The position numbers were made by a program, and so were the translations under genes. Below, piece by piece: positions 52,566 to 64,000 of a stretch of 64,000 bases of DNA (its first letter is position 1; each line of letters begins with the position of its first letter). Source of the DNA: an uncultured Planctomycetaceae bacterium. GTDB lineage: Bacteria > Planctomycetota > Planctomycetia > Planctomycetales > Planctomycetaceae. Under the pieces are notes generated by a model. It worked only from the letters and a program-made list of their open reading frames with translations, was not told the DNA's origin and made no database searches. The stretch lies in contig CAWFGE010000022.1 in NCBI GenBank assembly GCA_963815195.1, positions 339,431-403,430 of the forward strand, given 5' to 3'.

Positions 52566-53501
52566 TCAAAGCACCGGCAGCGGATGCTTTTGAAAAAACT
52601 CGCGAAGCACCGGCGGGATTTTCTCGCGGGCATCCTCGAACACATAATGCCCCGCATCCTCAAACGCGGCGGTCTCCGCCTGCGGGAACCGCGTCTGAAA
52701 CTCCTTCAAAAACGCCGGCGTGAAGCACCAATCTTTCATCCCCCAAATGAACTGCATCGGCGAATCCTGGAACTGGTCGAGGCCCTGTTCCACGTCCGTC
52801 AAAGTCCGATACGACGGATGCGCGGCCCTAAGCGGAATATCCTGCACGAACCGCAGCGTGGCGATGCGATGGGCCCAGGAATCGTAAGGGGCCAGATAAC
52901 CCCGGCGGACCGCGGGCGTCATCCGCTCGTGCTTGACCACGGCCATGCGGAGCGCCGCGATCGCGAACAAATTGAAACCGCGAATCGCCCACGGCCCCAA
53001 AACCGGCCAGCGGCAGACGGCGATCCGCCATGGGATCCGCTGCGAGCGAAACGCCGCCGTATTGAACAGCACGAACCGCGCGAACCGCCCCGGCAATCGC
53101 CCCGCGGCGCCCATTCCGATCGCTCCGCCCCAATCGTGCGCGAGCAGCGTGATTCGCTGGAGATCGAGCGCTTCGACAAACCGCTCGAGATTGCCGACGT
53201 GTGTTGCCAAGGTGTAATCGTAGTCTTGGGGCTTATCCGAAAACCCGCAGCCGACGTGATCGACCGCCAGCACGCGGTAGTCCCGCGACAAATCCCGCAC
53301 GAGATGCCGCCAGGCGAAACTCCACGTGGGATTGCCATGCACAAAGAGCAGCGTCTCGCCCCCGCCCTCATCGAGGTAATGATACCGCACGCCGTCCAAA
53401 TCGAGAAAATGCGAAGCAAACGGATATTCCTCGGCAAACCCAGCGCGGGAAATCTCCTGCTTCGGCGACGTCGATTGCACGGGCGAGTCAGTCATGGGCA
53501 T
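52566..53501 (-). CDS. Haloalkane dehalogenase / OleB-like alpha/beta hydrolase
   Basis: [13 protein letters not shown] nucleophile, [16 protein letters not shown]. Confidence 0.88.
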   Translation of the reverse strand: MPMTDSPVQSTSPKQEISRAGFAEEYPFASHFLDLDGVRYHYLDEGGGETLLFVHGNPTWSFAWRHLVRDLSRDYRVLAVDHVGCGFSDKPQDYDYTLATHVGNLERFVEALDLQRITLLAHDWGGAIGMGAAGRLPGRFARFVLFNTAAFRSQRIPWRIAVCRWPVLGPWAIRGFNLFAIAALRMAVVKHERMTPAVRRGYLAPYDSWAHRIATLRFVQDIPLRAAHPSYRTLTDVEQGLDQFQDSPMQFIWGMKDWCFTPAFLKEFQTRFPQAETAAFEDAGHYVFEDAREKIPPVLREFFQKHPLPVL

Positions 53502-53509
53502 TTTCTTTT

Positions 53510-53633
53510 ATTAGCCGCAGGGCGCTAGCCCCGGTTCTTGGATTATCTGATTTTCTTATATTAGCCGCAGGGCGCTCGCGGGGTGCTAGCCCCGGTTGCA
53601 GGAGAAAACCCGGGCTAGCGCCCTGCGGCTAAT
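53510..53633. repeat. REP-like cluster (family E, attagccgcagggcgctagccccgg)
   Basis: Two forward arms and one reverse arm; the reverse arm contains the bioF stop codon. Confidence 0.8.
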
Positions 53634-54804
53634 GGAACAATTTCGCCGCTTTCGCCAAACAGCGGACCAGCGATTCGACATCCTCTTCGATATGGGCCGC
53701 GGTCAGGGTGATCCGAATTCGCGAAGTCCCTTGGGGCACCGTGGGCGGGCGAATCGCCGCGACGAGGAACCCCGCCTCTTCCAAATCCCGGGCGACTTGG
53801 AGGGTCTGTTCAATCTCTCCAAAAATCACCGGCACGATCGGCCCCACGCTTCCGGGCGGGATCTCGAAACCCAGATCCAAAATCCGTTCTCGCAAACTGT
53901 TCGCCAACGCCAACAGATGCGCGCGACGCCAAGGTTCTTGTTCGATCAAATCCACGGCCCGGCACGCCGCGGCGCAAATTGCCGGTGGGAAAGCGGTGGA
54001 AAACATTTGCGACCGGGCCTTGTTCCAGAGCCAATCGCATAAGATCTCGGAGCCTGCGACGAAGCCGCCCAATGTGCCCAGGGCTTTGCTCAATGTGCCA
54101 ATGCGGACGGCGATCCGGTCTTCCACGCCCCGCCATTCCGCGATGCCTCGGCCCTGGTTGCCAAAGACGCCCGTGGCGTGGGCTTCGTCGACGATCAGTC
54201 TCGCATCGAACCTGGCACCCAGATCAACCAATTCCGCAAGCGGAGCGGTGTCGCCGTCCATGCTGAAAAGGCTATCCGTGACGACCCACCGCCGTTGATA
54301 ATCCTTTCCCCGCTCGAGGGCCGTTTCGAGTTTGTCCAATCGATCGTGCCGATAGACCAACAGCTTCGCCCCGGAAAGCCGGCAGCCGTCGATCAGGCTG
54401 GCGTGATTCAGCCGGTCGCAAAAAATCACATCCCGCTCATCGACCAGCGCGGCGATCGTGCCCACGTTCGCGGCATAGCCCGTGGGAAACAGCACCGCGG
54501 ATTCTTGCCTTTCGAATTTCGCAAGGCGATCTTCGAGGGCTTCATGATAAGGCGATCGCCCGCTGACCAAAGCGCTCGCCGTCGCACCGACGCCGGCTTC
54601 GGACATTGCGGTTCGGGCGGCCTCGGCGAGGCGCGGATCGTGGGCCAAATTGAGATAATCGTTCGAGGCGAAGTTCCGCAATCGGCGTTCGCCGATCTCG
54701 CACCAACCGCCGGCGAGCGAACGCACCCGCCGGCGATTGCGTGAAAGACCCGCCGCCCGCAGTTCGTCCAGTTGCTCGGCGAGCCAGGGCCAATCTTCCG
54801 CCAT
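53629..54804 (-). CDS. bioF: 8-amino-7-oxononanoate synthase
   Basis: NFASNDYLNL, DRLNHASLIDG, FSMDGD, DEAHATG, GTLSKALG, IRPPTVP. Confidence 0.93.
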   Translation of the reverse strand: MAEDWPWLAEQLDELRAAGLSRNRRRVRSLAGGWCEIGERRLRNFASNDYLNLAHDPRLAEAARTAMSEAGVGATASALVSGRSPYHEALEDRLAKFERQESAVLFPTGYAANVGTIAALVDERDVIFCDRLNHASLIDGCRLSGAKLLVYRHDRLDKLETALERGKDYQRRWVVTDSLFSMDGDTAPLAELVDLGARFDARLIVDEAHATGVFGNQGRGIAEWRGVEDRIAVRIGTLSKALGTLGGFVAGSEILCDWLWNKARSQMFSTAFPPAICAAACRAVDLIEQEPWRRAHLLALANSLRERILDLGFEIPPGSVGPIVPVIFGEIEQTLQVARDLEEAGFLVAAIRPPTVPQGTSRIRITLTAAHIEEDVESLVRCLAKAAKLFH

Positions 54805-54858
54805 CCGCCAATCCGCCTTCACCTGAGGGCAACCAAATTTGATTGAGCTTTTTGGTTC

Positions 54859-54938
54859 GGGGGGCACGCCCTGGGGGACGAAGGATGTGGTCTTTGCAAT
54901 CGCCGCGCCCTTCGCTGTGCTCGGGAACGTGCCACCCG
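54859..54938. repeat. REP-like inverted pair (family C)
   Basis: Homologous to 30404-30481. Confidence 0.75.
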
Positions 54939-54950
54939 GGAACGATTTCA

Positions 54951-56122
54951 TTACGTGAGGGCAATCAAGTGGTTGTTGAGTTTCTCGGCTCCGGCCGGGG
55001 TGATGAGATAGTTGTTCTCGATCCGCACGCCGCCGATGCCTTCCACGTACAACCCCGGCTCCAAGGTCACCACGTCGCCCGCCTTCAGCACATCGTCACT
55101 TTCGGGAACGAGTATCGGCGGCTCGGGATGCGCGAGGCCGATGCCATGCCCCGCATGATGCGCGAGCGCTCCGTAACCCGCCTCTTCCAGCGGTTTGGAG
55201 ACGGCGGCGTAAATATCCTTCGCTTGGACGCCCGCCTTCAGAGCATTTTCCCCGGCTTCGAGCGCGCTTTCGCAGAGGCGGAAAATCATGTCCTGCTCGT
55301 CGCTGGCCGATCCCACGGCGAGCGTGTTGGTGAAATCGCTGCGGTAGCCGTCCAGCACGACGCTATAATCCAGAATGAACATCTCGCCCTTTTCGAGGAC
55401 GTGATTCGTCGGCAATCCGCCGAGCTTGGGCGTTTTCGCATTGACCGCGCGGAAGTCGCCGTAAATCAAACCGGGCCGGCCCGCGGCTTCGATCGCGGCC
55501 GACTGCACTTCGCGGTAGACCTCCAACTCGCTGATGCCGGGTTTGATGATTTCCCGGCGCGGGCATGCCCGGCATCGGTGGCGATCATGCACTCTTTCAG
55601 CAAGGCGATTTCATCGGGTTCCTTCTGCCGGCGCAGCTCGCGGAGGCAAGTGCCCAAATCTGTTGCGAGTTGCTTGCCGCCGCCGGCTTCCTGCTCGACG
55701 GAATGCGATTCGCGATCGAGCCCCAAGAGTTCCCAGGCTCCGTAAGGCAGCCATTCCGCTTCGATGGCGCCCTTCCGGCCGTAGAGCCGTTCCGAAACCG
55801 ATTCGACGCCCCGCAGGAGCGCATGGTCGCGGTTGATGACCGAATGCCGATGGTCGTACCAGTCTTCGATAATGTCTCGATCCACGTATGGCGTCACCGC
55901 CGAGGAGCGAAACGCGAAGTTGTCGGCGATCAAGGACGCCCCGCCTTCGCGCTCGAGCAGCAACAGCCCGCGCTCGCCGCCGGAAAAACTCAGCGGGTTG
56001 ACCCAGAAATTCGCCAGGTAATGCACGTGGCGAGGGTCGGCGATTAGCACCCACTCCAAATCCTCGGCCACGGCTTTCCACATCCGCCGTCGACGCGCCA
56101 GGCAACCTTCTTGCGTGAGCAT
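54951..56122 (-). CDS. Xaa-Pro peptidase, M24 family (frameshift near 55557)
   Basis: [31 protein letters not shown]; creatinase-like N-terminal domain lies in a second frame. Confidence 0.88.
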
Positions 56123-56148
56123 TGTATTATTCCATTTTGTGCGGTTTT

Positions 56149-56243
56149 GGGTGGCACGCCCTGAGGAACGAAGGGCGTGGCCGATGGTGGAATAGTTTAC
56201 GAAGCTCGCCACGCCCTTCGCTGCGCTCAGGGACGTGCCACCC
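56149..56243. repeat. REP-like inverted pair (family C)
   Basis: Homologous to 30404-30481. Confidence 0.8.
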
Positions 56244-56258
56244 GGGTCTTGCCAGTTT

Positions 56259-57334
<1,076 letters not shown>

Positions 57335-57345
57335 TTAAAACGGCT

Positions 57346-57523
57346 GAACCACGAAAAACACGAAGACACACGAAATAATTTGGAGAGTCCTGCGTTTTGC
57401 TAGCCCGAAGCGCCAGCGAGGGAGTTGTAACCTCGTTTCCCCTCGCTGGCGCTTCGGGCTATGGAAGAGGATAATTTGCTTTAGCCGATCGACGATTGCC
57501 TTTTTTCGTGTGTTTCGTGGTTC
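57346..57523. repeat. Nested element: acacgaa short-unit inverted arms around a family D REP (57401-57461)
   Basis: gaaccacgaaaaacacgaagacacacgaaa ... tttcgtgtgtttcgtggttc. Confidence 0.7.
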
Positions 57524-57618
57524 CTCTCTTGAATTTCTCGTCCTCATCACAGGAACGATAGTCAACACCCTCGCGAGAGGCAACACCGCCGACGGTTTGT
57601 CGCGGGAATTGCGGCGGG

Positions 57619-59359
57619 TCACTCCGCGGGCAGCTCGTCTTCATCCGGCGGGGCGATGGGCTTGGACGCGTCGATGCCCAAGCCGCACAGTCCCGCAAAC
57701 ATGAACGCCAATGCGCAGACAAGGAACGTCGCGTTCCAGTTGCCGAGGCCCGGGTGCTCGCCGAGGTAATAATTGTAAACCAGCGGCGAGACCGCGGCTC
57801 CCAGGTTGCCCCACATGTTGCCCCAACCCAGGAACGAACCCACGTACCGCCCGCCCACATCCTGCGAGAACGCCCACGTTGCCGCGGTGCCCATGTCCGT
57901 CGAGAACGCGACCAGCGAGAACGCCGCCACGAAATACCAAGGCGATTTGAAAGCGGATCCGTCCGGAAGCATCGCGAGCCAGAGCACGATAAAATACCCG
58001 AGCGCCCCCGTGAAGCGCGTGAGCATCATCGGCAAGCCCCGGCCCCAGCGCACGCCCAGCCATCCGGTCATCGCGTCCGTCAGCCGCCCGCCGCCGAGCA
58101 TCCCGGCGAAACCGACCATCAGTGGGATGCTCGTCATCAAGCCCCGCTCCAAAATCGGCACGTGGTGCACGTCCATCAGATACCGGGGCAGCCACATGAC
58201 CAGAAACGCCCAGCCCAGATTGGTGCCGACCTGCATCAGGCAACACAGCCACATGCTGCCGCTCGAGAGCAGCGGCTTCCAAGGAATCATGCCGGTCTTT
58301 CCGTGCGGGCTGGGCGCCCCGGCGGGCCGGCCGAAGGCGATCATCTCGCACTCGGCTGCGTTGCACCACGGATGGGCTTCGGGCCGATCCCGCACAGCCA
58401 CCCAAAACAGCAAGGCGACGGCGATCCCCACGCCGCCGTACACGATCATCACCGGCCGCCAACCTGGCGTGTAAAGCTTTCCCACGTCGTGCGGGAACAC
58501 GCCTTCGATCAAAAACCGGTTGAGCCGCCGCTGCTGCGCTTCCGAAAGCGATTCTCCTCCGCGTTTTTCCTTCAATAGATTGAGCGCCTCGCGGACTAGA
58601 TTGACGGACCGAAACGCATCCTCGTCATAAAACCCCTCGGAGCCAACGACATGGTTCAAGCCTTCGAGCAGATTCTGCTTTTCGCTTTCCGAGAGAGTTT
58701 GGTCGGGAGAAATGCTCTTGCAAAGTTCTTGCGTTTTCGGCGGGAGCTTTTGGAAGATGATGCTCTGAGGCGTGGGCTTCTCGGAATCCGCGGCGAGTTG
58801 GACGGCGAGTCCCGCCGGTTCGAGGAGTTGGGATTCCGTAAAGAACGGCGATGTGTCCGCGGGAAGGAACTGGACGATCAGATAGGCTGTGAGCAGCGGA
58901 GCCAATGCGCCGCCGATGCGTCCGCCGAACGCGATCAAAGCGCTCGCCATGCCTCGCTGCGAGAAGGGGACCCATTTGCTGACGATGCTGGCACTTGTAG
59001 GATAGGCCCCCGCCTGTCCCAATCCGCAGCCGAGGCGGGCCAAAAGCAGCATCGCCAGCGAATGCACCGCCCCGATCATCGCCGTGAAGAACGACCAGGA
59101 CACAATGTAAATCACCAGCATCAACCGGGCCCCGTAGCGGTCGCTGAGCCAGCCGGAAGGCACCTGGGCGAGGGCGTAGGACCAGAAGAAACGCGCTAAA
59201 AAACAAGGCGATGTCTTTTTGCGTGAGGTCCAGATCCTCGCGGATGTAATCCGCCGCCAGGTTGATGCAAAACCGGTCCAGGTACAATAGCACGGCCATC
59301 AGCATCGCCGAGACCACGACAAGACGCCGCACACCGCTGGGAGGTTCCGAAAAGCTCAT
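57619..59359 (-). CDS. MFS transporter, ACS-like, with a large loop insertion (frameshift near 59190)
   Basis: YLDR, PSGWLSDRYG, QAGAYP, GWR, GRLTD motifs. Confidence 0.87.
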
Positions 59360-59480
59360 CGAGGCCGGGCTCTCTGAAGGATGGAGAAGCGAGAAACCGC
59401 TCCAACGTAAATCGAACCCCGCCGGGAATCAACCATCCGCAGAATGGCAAGGCCTCACCCCAATCCGCGAAGCCGCCGGG

Positions 59481-61070
59481 TCACAACTCCGGTTCGCTCG
59501 GCACGCAGAGGGCAAGGTCGTCCGCGTTCGGATGGGCGGCGGAGGCGCGTTGGCCTTGGTCGTCTTTGCCGTTGGCTCCGACGCTGTAGAGCAGATAGCC
59601 GTCTTTTTGCGGCTGGTATTGGAGGGGTTTGTTCGTGAAGCCGTCTTGGGGGATGGTTTTGAAATACTCGGGCGAGAGGTCGGCGAGCTTTTCGGGATAG
59701 CGGCCCTCGTCGCGGTGATACTCGCCGATCGCGAGAGCGACCAGTGTCATATCGCGGCGAGTCTCGGCGCGGACCTCTGCGGTGCTGGCCTGGCGGATGG
59801 CGGGCATCAAGAGGCCGAGCAACACGTTCCCGATCTGCCGGCTGACGACCGCGCGGGGCGGATCGACGCCCAGAAGGATCAATGCAATCTGTGCCGGCTG
59901 GTTCGCTTCGGCTTGGAGTTTTTTGAGTTCCGTTTCGAGTTTGGACATCTGGGCTTGGCGGGCGGAGAAATCCGTGAGCTGGAGAGCCGCGACGATTTGG
60001 TCGTATTCCTCATTGAACTGCTTCAAAATGAGATCCCAATTGATGGTTAGGCCCAGCATTCGCTTCCACGCCTGGTTATTCGGCACACCCAGCGCTCCGC
60101 CGTCCGTCTTTTGCGTCGCCAAATTGCAGATGGCATCCAGAGAGACCAATCGTTCGCCTTTGTCGAGCTTCTCGCTCATTTTGGGCAGCGGAGGCAACTC
60201 GGCCAGCTTTTGGCGGTAGGCGCCCAATTGCAGCCCAGTGACTTTTTCGGACTGGGCGAATTCATGATCTCCCTGGCAGGCGACGGCATCGAGGGCATAG
60301 CTCACCAGCGTTTCCAGCATCGTCGGCTGCTGGCCCAATAACCTCGCCAGGCGATGGCAGGCCAACAGATCGTTTTGGGCGTCTTCAATTCGGCCGTCTC
60401 CCAGCGCGAGCATCGCCCGCGCATTCAGCAACCGGTAAAACACTCGCATGCTCGTCGTCAGTTCCAGGGGCGTATTCAGCAAAGGGTCGTCGTCTTCGCT
60501 GGCGAAAGGAACAAAGAACCGCGGCCTCTTCGAGGCTTCGATCACAATCTTGATCGCATCGGCGTTCGCATCCAGCCAGTCCGCAACCATCGGCAAATCT
60601 TTCCGCGACCAGGGATGCTGCATGGCCTCGGATTGCTGATCGAAAGCTTTTTGTTGGTTCTGCTCTTTCGCGAATTGTGCAATGTTCTGAAGCGATCCCT
60701 TCCCGCTCGGCGCGGCGATGCCCAGGGTTTGGAAGAATTTCTTCCGCTGGGCTTCGGGGACCGCGTCCGCGCCGATCGCTTGCATCAAGAGCGCGGCCGC
60801 GTTGTTGGCCGGCGTCACGCCTTGGCTCAAGCGGGCATTGAGGGCGGCAGCGTAGTCCACGCTGCCATCGGGTTTTAAGGGTTCGGTAATCCGCGTGGTC
60901 TCCTTGGAAATCGTAAACGGCAACAGCGGATCGGCCGCCTTCTGTTCCGCCTGTTTTCCAGCGTCCGCCGCCGCCGGCGGTTCGGTGGCCCAAACGGGAT
61001 TCATCAAACAAGCCGCCAACCCCCCGCCAAGCACCCACAACCAACCCTGCGTTCGATTCGACCAGCGCAT
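59481..61070 (-). CDS. Exported helical protein with GspG-like C-terminal motif
   Basis: Signal peptide; YPEKLADL...PQDGF...YLLYSVGANGKDD. Confidence 0.7.
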   Translation of the reverse strand: MRWSNRTQGWLWVLGGGLAACLMNPVWATEPPAAADAGKQAEQKAADPLLPFTISKETTRITEPLKPDGSVDYAAALNARLSQGVTPANNAAALLMQAIGADAVPEAQRKKFFQTLGIAAPSGKGSLQNIAQFAKEQNQQKAFDQQSEAMQHPWSRKDLPMVADWLDANADAIKIVIEASKRPRFFVPFASEDDDPLLNTPLELTTSMRVFYRLLNARAMLALGDGRIEDAQNDLLACHRLARLLGQQPTMLETLVSYALDAVACQGDHEFAQSEKVTGLQLGAYRQKLAELPPLPKMSEKLDKGERLVSLDAICNLATQKTDGGALGVPNNQAWKRMLGLTINWDLILKQFNEEYDQIVAALQLTDFSARQAQMSKLETELKKLQAEANQPAQIALILLGVDPPRAVVSRQIGNVLLGLLMPAIRQASTAEVRAETRRDMTLVALAIGEYHRDEGRYPEKLADLSPEYFKTIPQDGFTNKPLQYQPQKDGYLLYSVGANGKDDQGQRASAAHPNADDLALCVPSEPEL

Positions 61071-61201
61071 ACCACGACCCCTGAAAAGAGAGGAGAACGG
61101 GAAAATCCATTTGCTGCAACGGAATCCGCGGGCCGGCGGATCTTTCCGATATGCGAAACCGGGGAAAAATCCCGAAAAAAGAAGGGGGCACGAAAGACTG
61201 C

Positions 61202-62254
61202 TTATGGCAACAGGGCAACGATTTCGCCCACGGCGATGCTCTCGGCTTCGGCGTAGCAGAGCTTCAGCGCATCGCGGGCCAACGTTCCCGACAAGAGGTG
61301 CGGCGTCTCGCCGGTGTTCACGCCGTTGACCGCGGCTTGGAGTTCGTTCGTGAAAGCCGCGCACCATTCCGTGCCTGCGCTGAGTTCGGGGTGGTCGAGT
61401 TTGCCTTCTTGATGGAACACCGTCAGCGGGCGGTCCACGACCCATTCGCCGCCTAAGGTGCCCGCCGAAAATGCGACGGTCGCCTCCTGGAAATACAGCT
61501 CATACCCGTGGGCGAACTGCAGGCCCTTGCCGGCGATGCCGCCGCTGATCGCGGACACCGCGAGTTCCGCGTCGTCATAGATGTACTGCGTGTGGAGATG
61601 GTTGACGAAGCCGTCCTGCAAAATGCCCCGCGAGAACACGGCGTTCGGCACGCCGCAGATCAGGCTGATGAAATGGTTGTCGTGAATGTGCAGATCGATG
61701 CCCCAGCCGCCGAGCTTGCGGAAATCCGACATGTTCTCGGACCAGTCCGGCTGGCAGATGACCCGGCGAAAATGGGCCGCCCGCAGCTTGCCGAACCGCC
61801 CCGACCGCACGCACTCCGCCGCGTAGTGAAACTCCGGAAAGAACGGCAGCACCTGGGCGACCAGCAACGGCACCTCCGCCGACTCCGCCGCCTCGACCAT
61901 GCGGTTCGCCGATTCGAGCTCGATCGAAATCGGCTTTTCCACCAAGGTCGCCTTTCCCGCGGCGATGGCTTCCAAAGTCACGGCTTCGTGCAAATCCGGC
62001 GGCAGGCAAATATCGACGAGATCAATCTCCGGATCGGCGAGCAGTTCCTTGTAGTCGTTATAAGTCTTTAGCCCCGAGACATCCACGTGCCCCGCCCGCG
62101 GGCCGAAGTTGCCCTGAATGCTCGTCCAATCCCCGGCGAGCTTTTTCTCGTCCCGCGTGGAAATCGCGGTCACCTGGCCGCCGTCGAGCTTCTTCGCGGC
62201 CTCGAAATGCGTGTATCCCATGAAGCCAAGCCCGATGATGCCGATGCGTACCAT
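61202..62254 (-). CDS. Gfo/Idh/MocA family oxidoreductase
   Basis: IGIIGLGFMG, VEKP, DLHIHD. Confidence 0.92.
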   Translation of the reverse strand: MVRIGIIGLGFMGYTHFEAAKKLDGGQVTAISTRDEKKLAGDWTSIQGNFGPRAGHVDVSGLKTYNDYKELLADPEIDLVDICLPPDLHEAVTLEAIAAGKATLVEKPISIELESANRMVEAAESAEVPLLVAQVLPFFPEFHYAAECVRSGRFGKLRAAHFRRVICQPDWSENMSDFRKLGGWGIDLHIHDNHFISLICGVPNAVFSRGILQDGFVNHLHTQYIYDDAELAVSAISGGIAGKGLQFAHGYELYFQEATVAFSAGTLGGEWVVDRPLTVFHQEGKLDHPELSAGTEWCAAFTNELQAAVNGVNTGETPHLLSGTLARDALKLCYAEAESIAVGEIVALLP

Positions 62255-62300
62255 GATTTTTGTCCTTTGTCGTGGTTTTTGTAATCCGCGCTTTCCCTTG

Positions 62301-62363
62301 GGGAGCCGCGCACGCGGTAAGCGGACGGTTTTCTATCTCACCGCTTACTGCGTGCGCGGCTCC
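62301..62363. repeat. Solo family A hairpin
   Basis: ggagccgcgcacgcggtaagcgg ... ccgcttactgcgtgcgcggctcc. Confidence 0.75.
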
Positions 62364-62441
62364 TTTTTCATGACTCTCATTTTCTTTCAGACCTCACGTA
62401 GCATTGTTCTCTGAACCGCATCCGTCAAGTTTCACCGTTTC

Positions 62442-62470
62442 TTGTGATGCGAAATGGCCGGCGGTAGAAT
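62442..62470 (+). promoter_or_regulatory. Candidate sigma70 promoter of the DUF1501 gene
   Basis: TTGTGA-N17-TAGAAT. Confidence 0.45.
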
Positions 62471-62524
62471 CAAATCAAGGATTTGTGATTCATCCGGGGG
62501 CTAGAGATTTATGAGGGGTTTGCC

Positions 62525-63903
62525 ATGTTGAGTTTGACCGGGCCGGGCACGGCTCATACGTGTGACGGGGTGTCGCGGCGGGATTTTTTGCAGGCGGGGA
62601 CGCTGGGAGCCGTGGGCTTTTCGCTGGCGGACATGGCCCAGCTCCAGGCGGCGGGGAAGGTCGATAAAAAGTACGACGACCGGGCCGTGATCATGATTTT
62701 CAACCTCGGCGCTCCCAGCCAGCAGGATTGCTTCGACCTCAAGCCCGAAGCCCCGGCGGAGATTCGCGGGCCGTTCAAACCGATCGCCACCGCCTCGCCG
62801 GATTTGGACATCAGCGAGATTTTCCCGCTGCACGCCAAGCAGGGGGACAAGTTTTCGATGGTCCGCAGTTGCTATCACACGGGGGCGGCGGTGCACGACA
62901 CGGGGCATCAAATGCTGCAAACGGGGCGGCTGTTTCAAGGCGGGATCAATACACCGCACGCCGGCTGCGTGTTGGCGTATCTTCGCGGCCGAAAAACCGA
63001 TCTGCCCGCGCATGTGCTCCTCCCGGAACCGATGGGCAACACCGGCGGCGGCTTGCCCCACGGCCAGGATGCGGGCTTTTTGGGCAAAGGCTACGATCCC
63101 TTCCGCCTGATGGCCGACCCCTCGAAGCCCGACTTCAAAGTGCCAGACCTCTTGCCGCCCAAAGCCATCGGCGAAGCCCGCATCGACCGCCGGCGAAAGC
63201 TCCGCGAGATTGTGGACGGCACCGTCTCGTCCTTCGAGCAAAGCCAGAACGCCCAGCTTTTGGACAGCAATTTCGAGTCGGCGTTTCGGCTGATCACCAG
63301 CCCCCAGGCCCGCGAAGCGTTCGATCTGTCCAAGGAACCCAAAAAAGTCCGCGACCGTTACGGGATGACGCGGTTCGGCCAGTGCTGCCTGCTTGGCCCG
63401 GCGGCTGATCGAAGCGGGCGTGCGGTTCGTGACGCTCAACACGTTCCTGACGGTGTTCAACGAAATCACCTGGGACATCCACGGCACCAAGCCGTTCACC
63501 TCGATCGAAGGCATGCGGGACATCGTGGCCCCGATGTACGACCAGGGTTACGCGGCCCTGCTTGGAAGATTTGTCCGAGCGCGGCCTCTTGGACACGACG
63601 CTGGTGTGTAACCTCGCCGAGTTCGGCCGCACGCCCCGCGTGAACCCCGCCGGCGGCCGCGACCACTGGCCGCAGTGTTTTACGACATACTTCGCGGGCG
63701 GCGGCGTGAAAGGCGGCCGCGTCGTGGGCCGCTCCGACCCCATCGGCGGCTACCCGGCCGAACGCCCGACAGCCCCCAATGAAGTCGTCGCCACCATCTT
63801 CCACAGCCTGGGCCTCGATCTAGAAACCCACCTCCCCGGCCCCGCCGGCAGACCGTTTCCGCTGGTCGATTTCGGGACGAAACCGATTATGGAGTTGTTC
63901 TAA
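62525..63903 (+). CDS. DUF1501 family protein (frameshifts near 63394 and 63563)
   Basis: SRRDFLQAG, ARRLIEAGVRFV, WDIH, EFGRTP, GRDHWP across three frames. Confidence 0.9.
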
Positions 63904-63934
63904 AGGCGAGCGGGGGGCGTCAGCCCCCTGGTTA
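63904..63934 (+). repeat. REP-like arm (family B) directly after the stop codon
   Basis: Matches the arm at 17280-17310. Confidence 0.75.
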
Positions 63935-64000
63935 TGTTCAATAAGGCAAAACAGGGCCTATGGTCTCTTCAGACTCTATCGCCAAGATCGAAGCCTACAA

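Noticed and set aside
52566..53501. ole hydrocarbon biosynthesis cluster
   Set aside because: Only an OleB-like hydrolase is present; no oleA, oleC or oleD is adjacent.

Overview
This is a high-GC chromosomal window, almost certainly from a Planctomycetota genome: it carries the DUF1592/DUF1552 pair, DUF1501, a planctomycete cytochrome-c/WD40 protein and a sulfatase. It holds about 42 genes: housekeeping (fbaA, rpsO-pnp, hisN, bioF, trxB, tRNA-Glu(CTC)), a histidine kinase/sigma54 regulator pair, transporters, lipid and glycan enzymes, and a SWIM-DNA ligase-WGR gene divergent from an H1-like SPKK-repeat protein. I see no intact transposase, integrase, prophage or CRISPR array. Ten genes are broken by about 12 small frameshifts, probably long-read errors; four of these fall on AGCT sites. 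Intergenic DNA is crowded with at least 8 families of REP-like palindromes, many touching stop codons, plus three copies of a ~140-bp TIR-bounded MITE-like element, two of which bracket the kinase in inverted orientation. Best leads: a terminator/antiterminator leader with a Pro/Arg-rich micro-ORF upstream of the DUF1592 operon, the ligase/H1-like locus, and a YitT gene boxed by two nested 11-bp direct repeats. All product calls come from motif recognition by eye; no searches were run.
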